From NCBI GenBank assembly GCA_963774015.1, contig CAVZDH010000005.1, forward strand, positions 275,133 to 339,132: a stretch of DNA of 64,000 nucleotides, read 5' to 3'. Of this stretch, positions 58,628 to 64,000 are shown in pieces; positions within the stretch are counted from its first letter, which is position 1; each line of letters opens with the position of its first letter. A program made the position numbers and the translations under genes. The stretch is from an uncultured delta proteobacterium (GTDB lineage: Bacteria; Desulfobacterota; Binatia; UTPRO1). The notes beneath the pieces are model-generated. The model was given only the letters and a program-made list of their open reading frames with translations. It had not been told where the DNA came from and ran no database searches.

Positions 58628-59488
58628 GTGGGTGACGCGATTGCCGGGGCGGCGGTGTTCGTGCCGCAGACGCCGTCGGGGGACGAGACGCGGCGCCGGT
58701 TGGCGGGCAAGTCGCCGACCGAGGTGGCGAAGGAGTTCGAGGCGATCCTGCTCGCGCAGGTGATCAGCGCGATGCGGAAGACGGTGCCCGAGTCGGACCT
58801 GCTGGAGGCGTCGGCCAACCGAAAGATGCTCGACGGCGCGTTCGACCAAGAGGTGGCGCGGAGTCTCGCCGCGAAGGGCGGGCTCGGCATCGCGGAGCAG
58901 ATCGTCGGGCAGATCCGGCGCCAGCATCCGGAGGCGGTGGCGAGCGATACCGCCGGCGCGTCGCAGGGAAGCACCGCGAGCGCGGTCGCCACGGCCCGAC
59001 CGCTCGTGCTCGCGGCTTCCGCAACGCAAGGCGGGGCGGCGGCGATCGACTCGAGCGGGGCCGCGACGCCGGTCGCGGGCGAGATCAGCTCGCCCTTCGG
59101 CATGCGGAACGATCCCTTCACCGGCGAGCCGCGCTTTCATGCCGGGGTGGACGTGGCGGCGCCGCGCGGCAGCGAGATTCGGGCCGTCGCGGACGGCGAG
59201 GTCGTCTTCAGCGGCTGGCGCCCGGGCGGTTCCGGGCGCGTCGTCGAGGTGCGCCATGCGAATGGCCTGGTCACGAGCTATGCGCACGCGGAGCGGACGC
59301 TCGTGCGCGCGGGTCAATATGTTGTCGCGGGGGAGGTGGTCGCGACCGTCGGCTCGAGCGGCCGGGCGAGCGGCCCGCACCTGCATTTCGCGGCCAGCCG
59401 CGACGGCCAAGCCGTCGATCCGATGAGCTTTCTCGAGCACCCCGGAGCCGTTTTGAGGGTCGCATCGAGCGCGGCGGGGACCATATGA
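58628..59488 (+). CDS. flgJ: FlgJ-like rod-binding protein fused to an M23 peptidase
   Basis: AKEFEAILLAQVISAMRKTVP..FDQEVA..GGLGIA (rod-binding), then ISSPFGMR.DP, HAGVD, YAH, GPHLHF (M23). Confidence 0.85.
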   Translation: MGDAIAGAAVFVPQTPSGDETRRRLAGKSPTEVAKEFEAILLAQVISAMRKTVPESDLLEASANRKMLDGAFDQEVARSLAAKGGLGIAEQIVGQIRRQHPEAVASDTAGASQGSTASAVATARPLVLAASATQGGAAAIDSSGAATPVAGEISSPFGMRNDPFTGEPRFHAGVDVAAPRGSEIRAVADGEVVFSGWRPGGSGRVVEVRHANGLVTSYAHAERTLVRAGQYVVAGEVVATVGSSGRASGPHLHFAASRDGQAVDPMSFLEHPGAVLRVASSAAGTI

Positions 59489-59516
59489 AGGCCGTCCGTC
59501 GACGCCGGGCCGCGAT

Positions 59517-59544
59517 TCAAGTCCGGTCGGTCCGTGGACGATAT
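59517..59544 (+). promoter_or_regulatory. sigma28-type promoter of the flgM operon
   Basis: TCAAG-N15-GACGATAT, same architecture as the fliC promoter. Confidence 0.75.
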
Positions 59545-59582
59545 CCTGACCGAGCCCGCTCGGGATGGGCTTGGGAGATCCG

Positions 59583-59885
59583 ATGAGAGTCACACGACGA
59601 CCGACGACGACGATTCCCGGCGTGGGCGGGCTGCCTGCGCCGAGCGAAACCCCCGAGGCGGGGCAGGCGACGGCCGACCGCTCCGTGACCGATCGCGTGC
59701 AGCTGTCCGATGCCGCGCGTTTGCGCCAGCGCCTGAAAGCGGAAGTCGGCGATCCCGCCGCGACCAGCAACACCGACAGGGTGGCGGTGCTCAGTGCCGA
59801 CGTCCAGAACCAGACCTATGCGCCGGATCCGCGCGTCGTCGCGGATCGCCTCCTCGGCGAGCTGGCAGCCGATCTCCTCGCGTGA
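59583..59885 (+). CDS. flgM: Anti-sigma28 factor FlgM
   Basis: ATG 59583 with SD GGGAG. DRVQLSDAA, DRVAVL..VQNQTY..DPRVVADRLL. Confidence 0.88.
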   Translation: MRVTRRPTTTIPGVGGLPAPSETPEAGQATADRSVTDRVQLSDAARLRQRLKAEVGDPAATSNTDRVAVLSADVQNQTYAPDPRVVADRLLGELAADLLA

Positions 59886-59888
59886 TGC

Positions 59889-60350
59889 ATGACGCCTGAC
59901 CCGACTCCGTCCCTGGTCGCGACACTGCTCGCCGCCGAGCGCGACTGCTGCGCGCGCTTGCTGCCGCTGCTCGAAGCCGAGCGAGCGGCGGCGGCGACGT
60001 ACGATCATTCGGCGCTGCTCGCCTGCCTCCGTGAACGCGAGATCCTGCAGGCCGAATGGCAGCGGGCGGCCGCGCTTCGACGCCGACATCTCGCGAGCGG
60101 GGGGCGAACCCTCGCCGAGCTCGCGGCGGCCGACCCCGGGCTCGCGCGCGAGATGCTGGAGACCAGGCGCGACGCGGAGGCGGTGCGTCGCGCGCAACGG
60201 GTGAACGAGGGCGTCGTGCGCGCGGCGCTCGCCCAAGTGACCGACCTTCTCGCGGTGCTGCAGCGCGAGCGGACCGACAGCCGCTACGACGGCCGCGCGG
60301 CGCTCACCGGTGCCGCGACGTCCTCCGCCGGCGGACGCTGGAGCGCCTGA
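59889..60350 (+). CDS. flgN: Export chaperone FlgN
   Basis: Helical protein with LL.LL.AE, N..V and C-terminal Y..RA; between flgM and flgK. Confidence 0.82.
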   Translation: MTPDPTPSLVATLLAAERDCCARLLPLLEAERAAAATYDHSALLACLREREILQAEWQRAAALRRRHLASGGRTLAELAAADPGLAREMLETRRDAEAVRRAQRVNEGVVRAALAQVTDLLAVLQRERTDSRYDGRAALTGAATSSAGGRWSA

Positions 60351-60352
60351 CG

Positions 60353-61738
60353 ATGGCGATCTTCGCTCCGCTCACGATCGGGAAACAGGCGCTCCTCGCG
60401 AGCGAACGCGCCGTCGGCGTCACGGGCCACAACATCGCCAACGTCAACACGCCCGGTTACAGCCGTCAGTCGCCGGTGCTGACCGCCGGCCGGCCGGACG
60501 ACCAAGGCTTCGGCACCGGCGTCGAAGTGACGTCCGTGCAACGGTCGGTCGACGGGTTCCTCGACGCGCGCTTGCTCGTGAGCACCTCGTCGCTCGCGGG
60601 CGCCACGACCGGGCGCCAGCTGCTCGATCGCCTGCAGGAGCTCTTCCCGGTTGGCGACCAGGGTGTCGGCAATGCGCTCGCCGAGTTCTTTGCCGCGGCC
60701 AATGCGGTCGCGAACAGCCCCCAGGATCTCGCCACGCGCAACCAGCTGCTCGAGGCCGGCACGACGCTCGCCGGTCAGCTGCGCAACGCGGCGGGCGGAC
60801 TCCAAGTGTTGCAGCGCGAGGCCGACCAGCGGCTCGGCCAGTCGGCGTCCGACGCGAACGAGATCCTGCAGAACCTGGCGCAGCTCAATCGCGAGATCGT
60901 CGCGGCCGACCGCGCCGGGAGCGAGACCAACGACCTTCGCGACCAGCGCCAGACCGCGCTCGGGGAGCTCGCCAAGCAGCTCTCGATCCAGGTGGTCCAG
61001 GGGCCGAATGGGGACGTCAACGTCTTCTCCTCGTCCGGCCAGGGACTGGTGATCGGCACCGACGCGGCGACGTTGACGACCGAGCTCGACCCGGCCCAGG
61101 TCGGGCTCGACGGCAACCCGCTGTCGCGGATCGGCATCGCCGCCCGCGACGGCAGCGTGATCAGCCTCGCGGGCGACGTCGGCGGGACCATCGGTACCTT
61201 GCTCCAGCTGCGCGACCAGACGATCACCGCCGACGCGGGGAGCCTGGATCAGCTCGCGACGTCCCTCCGCGACGCGGTGAACGCGGTGCAGACGAATGCC
61301 GCGGGCCGCGACCTCGACGGCGCGGTCGGGACGGCGTTCTTCTCGGGCACCGGCGCCGCGGATCTGCGGGTTGCGCTGACGGATCCGCGCGGCATCGCGG
61401 CCGCGCAAGGGGTGGACCTCTCCAACAACACCAACGCGCTCGCCCTGGCATCCGTGGCGCAGCAGACGTTTCCGGCGCTCGGCGGCGGGACGCTCGGCGA
61501 CTCGTTCGGAACGCTGACGGCCCGTGTGGGACAAGATGCACGGCGCGCCGACCAGAACGCGACCATCGAGGAGAACGTCTCGGCGTCGTTGGCGTCGCAA
61601 CGCGATGCGATCTCGGGCGTCAGCCTCGACGAGGAGTTCACCAACTTGATCAGGTTCCAGCGCGGCTACCAAGCGGCGGCGCAGCTCATCAACGTCAGCA
61701 ATACGATGCTCGACGACCTCCTCGGGTTGGTGTCCTGA
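60353..61738 (+). CDS. flgK: Hook-associated protein FlgK
   Basis: VTGHNIANVNTPGYSRQ, NDLRDQR, SGVSLDEEFTNLIRFQRGYQAAA. Confidence 0.97.
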   Translation: MAIFAPLTIGKQALLASERAVGVTGHNIANVNTPGYSRQSPVLTAGRPDDQGFGTGVEVTSVQRSVDGFLDARLLVSTSSLAGATTGRQLLDRLQELFPVGDQGVGNALAEFFAAANAVANSPQDLATRNQLLEAGTTLAGQLRNAAGGLQVLQREADQRLGQSASDANEILQNLAQLNREIVAADRAGSETNDLRDQRQTALGELAKQLSIQVVQGPNGDVNVFSSSGQGLVIGTDAATLTTELDPAQVGLDGNPLSRIGIAARDGSVISLAGDVGGTIGTLLQLRDQTITADAGSLDQLATSLRDAVNAVQTNAAGRDLDGAVGTAFFSGTGAADLRVALTDPRGIAAAQGVDLSNNTNALALASVAQQTFPALGGGTLGDSFGTLTARVGQDARRADQNATIEENVSASLASQRDAISGVSLDEEFTNLIRFQRGYQAAAQLINVSNTMLDDLLGLVS

Positions 61739-62631
61739 TGGTCAGCAGGGTCACCGAGCGGACGTTGCTCGCCGACTTCACGTATTCCGTGAGTCGGCTC
61801 CGCCGTCAGCAAGCCGATGCGCAGAACGCGGTCAGCTCGCAGAAGCGTCTGCTGCAAGCGAGCGACGACCCGGTCGGCGCAGCGCGCTCGACGAGCCTCC
61901 GTGCCGAGTCCACCGAGCTCGACGCGTTCCGCAACAGCGTCGCCCTCGCGACGACGACGCTCGGCGCCCAGGACAGCGTCCTCGGTCAGGTACAAGACAT
62001 CATGACCCGCGCCAGCGAGATCGCGTCCGGCATGAGCGGTGGCTTGGCGACGCCGGAGGCACGGCAAACCGCGGCCGAAGAGGTGAAGGAGCTCGAGCGG
62101 GGCGTGCTGTCGCTCGCCAACACGACCGTCGCCGGCCGCTACATCTTCGGGGGACTCGCGACGTCCGGACCGCCGTTCACGAGCTTCGACGATCCGGGAT
62201 TCACTCCCGCGACCGCGTACACCGGGACGACCACGCCATTCTCCGTCCAAACCGCGCGTGACGAGACGGTGCGCGTGACGACGAGCGGCGGCGACGTCTT
62301 CGGCTCCTCGCTCGCCGCGCTCGACGATCTGCGGCAGACGCTGGAGGCCGGCAACGACCCGGCGGCGGATCTGACGCCGCTCCAGAACGGCGCGGAGGAC
62401 CTCCGGCAAGAGCGTGCCAGCGTGGGCGGCCGGCTCGCACGCCTGCAGACGCGCGACAACGAGATCGCCAACGCGATCCTCACGACCAAGACGCTGATCG
62501 GCGGCGTCGAGGATGCGGACCTGACCGGGACCATCACGCAGCTCGCGCAGGTGCAGAACGCGCTGCAGGCCACGCTGACGGCCGGTCAGTCGCTCCTGCA
62601 GACCTCGATCCTGAACTACGTGCGGTTCTAG
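61738..62631 (+). CDS. flgL: Hook-associated protein FlgL
   Basis: SSQKR...SDDPVGA, LANT..AGRYIFGG, EDADL, SILNYVR. Confidence 0.95.
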   Translation: MVSRVTERTLLADFTYSVSRLRRQQADAQNAVSSQKRLLQASDDPVGAARSTSLRAESTELDAFRNSVALATTTLGAQDSVLGQVQDIMTRASEIASGMSGGLATPEARQTAAEEVKELERGVLSLANTTVAGRYIFGGLATSGPPFTSFDDPGFTPATAYTGTTTPFSVQTARDETVRVTTSGGDVFGSSLAALDDLRQTLEAGNDPAADLTPLQNGAEDLRQERASVGGRLARLQTRDNEIANAILTTKTLIGGVEDADLTGTITQLAQVQNALQATLTAGQSLLQTSILNYVRF

Positions 62632-62669
62632 CCGGGAGCGGACGATGAGAATGGGCCAAGGAGGGCGCC

Positions 62670-62918
62670 ATGCTGGTACTGACCCGCAAGGTCGGCGAAC
62701 GGATTCGCATCGGCGACGACGTGACGTTGCAGGTGCTCGAGGTGCGCGGCGGACAAGTCCGGCTGGGTCTCGCGGCGCCGGCCGACGTGCGGATCTTTCG
62801 CGAGGAGATCTTCCTCGCCATCGAAGGGCAGAACCAGGAAGCGCGGTTGGCCGATCCAAATCGGCTCGCCGACGCGGCGCGAGCGTGGGAGGCGTATGCC
62901 GATGGCAAGCGTAGCTGA
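62670..62918 (+). CDS. csrA: Translational regulator CsrA
   Basis: MLVLTRKVGERIRIGDDV...QVRLG..AP..VRIFREEI, with a C-terminal extension (QNQEA) typical of FliW-partnered CsrA. Confidence 0.96.
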   Translation: MLVLTRKVGERIRIGDDVTLQVLEVRGGQVRLGLAAPADVRIFREEIFLAIEGQNQEARLADPNRLADAARAWEAYADGKRS

Positions 62919-63405
62919 GCAGGTGGTGGCGCCCGTGCGGCACGCGCCGGAGCCCGACGTCGTTCGCGTGCGGTCGCCGCGTTTCGGCGATCTCGAGGTG
63001 CGTGCCGACCGCGTCCTGCACTTTCCGCAAGGCTTGATCGGGTTCCCCAAGGCCCGGAGCTTCGTCATCCTCGATCACCGGCCGGGATCGCCGTTCAAGT
63101 GGATGCTCTGCCTCGAGCAACCGGACGTCGCTTTCGCGGTGGTCGAACCCGGCCACTTCGTGCCCGGCTACCGGGCCCCGCTCGACCTCGCGGCGCGCAC
63201 GCTCGACGCCGATCCCGCCGACGTCGCGCTTTTCGTGATCGTCACCATTCCGCCGGATCCGATGGCGATGACGGTCAATCTGATGGCGCCGGTCGTGGTC
63301 GACGTTCGCACCCGCGTGTCCCGACAGCTGGTCCTGGAAGACGGACGCTTCGATCCTTCCTACCGCGTCTGCCAAGCGCCGCAGGCCGCCGCGGCGGAAA
63401 GCTGA
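62896..63405 (+). CDS. fliW: Flagellar assembly factor FliW
   Basis: RFG.L, FPQGLIGFP, PFKWM, AFAVVEP..F, TVNLMAPVVV, RQLVL. Confidence 0.93.
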   Translation: MPMASVAEQVVAPVRHAPEPDVVRVRSPRFGDLEVRADRVLHFPQGLIGFPKARSFVILDHRPGSPFKWMLCLEQPDVAFAVVEPGHFVPGYRAPLDLAARTLDADPADVALFVIVTIPPDPMAMTVNLMAPVVVDVRTRVSRQLVLEDGRFDPSYRVCQAPQAAAAES

Positions 63406-63580
63406 CCCGGCGCGGGATCGAACGCCGAAATCCGAACGCTGCGCTACAAAGATGTACGCTTCCCGCCCGTTCGGCTCCCGTTCCTGCGCGGCTCACGATG
63501 TCAGGGTTTCGTCCCGATTCCGTCGTGAATCCGTGCACGTCCAGCAATTTCGCCGGGCTCGTGCGGCGCGTTCAAGTTTC

Positions 63581-63596
63581 TGGCACCTGCTTTGCT
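63581..63596 (+). promoter_or_regulatory. sigma54 promoter of the downstream activator gene
   Basis: TGGCACCTGCTTTGCT. Confidence 0.82.
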
Positions 63597-63651
63597 CAGG
63601 GCTCTGACGCGCGCGACACGATCGCGAACACATCGAAGCCTGGGAGGGCAC

Positions 63652-64000
63652 ATGGACGCACGGGACGTGGAGGAGGCGGTGGCGGGGGCGGAAGACGAAG
63701 CGCGACGCGAGGCGAGCGAGGTCACGGGGTTCGCCGGGATCATCGGCCGGCATCCGCGGATGCAGGCGATCTTCGAGGTGATCCGTCGCGTGGCGCCGAC
63801 CGGCGTCACCGTGCTCATCACCGGAGAGAGCGGGACCGGCAAGGAGCTCGTGGCGCAAGCCATCCATTCGCAGAGCCGCCGGCACGCGCAGCGTCTGGTC
63901 CCGGTCCACTGTGGCGCGATTCCCGAAGAGCTCCTCGAGAGCGAGATGTTCGGTCACGAGCGGGGTGCGTTCACCGGCGCGGTGTCGTCGCGGGTCGGGC
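63652..64000 (+). CDS. sigma54 enhancer-binding protein lacking a receiver domain (FleQ/FlrA/FgrM-like); 3' end outside window
   Basis: SD GGGAGGG. After about 25 aa: IIGRHPRMQ, TGESGTGKE, PVHCGAIPEELLESEMFGHERGAFTGA. Not in the ORF track because it runs off the window. Confidence 0.88.
   Translation, partial: MDARDVEEAVAGAEDEARREASEVTGFAGIIGRHPRMQAIFEVIRRVAPTGVTVLITGESGTGKELVAQAIHSQSRRHAQRLVPVHCGAIPEELLESEMFGHERGAFTGAVSSRVG

Overview
High-GC bacterial DNA from a diderm (P- and L-ring genes present). The style of the Cys-rich secreted proteins suggests a Deltaproteobacteria-like lineage such as Ca. Binatia, but that is inference only. About 54 kb (10.4-64 kb) is one nearly complete flagellar supercluster. 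It runs fliC-flaG-fliD-fliS-fliT-like, then an embedded ~11.5 kb glycosylation/methylation island, a TPR protein plus FlgS/FlgR-like two-component pair, flgBC-fliEFGHIJ-motE-like, an inverted aspartic protease, fliK-flgDE, fliLMNOPQR-flhBAFG-fliA, flgFGAHIJMNKL-csrA-fliW, and a REC-less sigma54 activator. No motAB or che genes are in the window. The first 10 kb holds a DHH phosphoesterase, queG, two paralogous giant Cys-rich secreted proteins and a sugar acetyltransferase. The cis-regulatory layout can be read directly: seven sigma54 -24/-12 promoters, two sigma28-type promoters, recurring enhancer-like dyads and CsrA-type GGA sites in the fliC leader. The best candidate for an undescribed system is a sigma54-controlled operon encoding a ~1540-aa kinase / WbdD-like methyltransferase / triple-GT2 protein, an (alpha/alpha)6-methyltransferase fusion and a third methyltransferase. 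It may build and cap a glycan on a minimal 274-aa flagellin. The sequence carries about 17-18 single-base frameshifts, about 12 of them in that one gene, most likely from long-read error. All calls come from motif reading by eye, not database searches.
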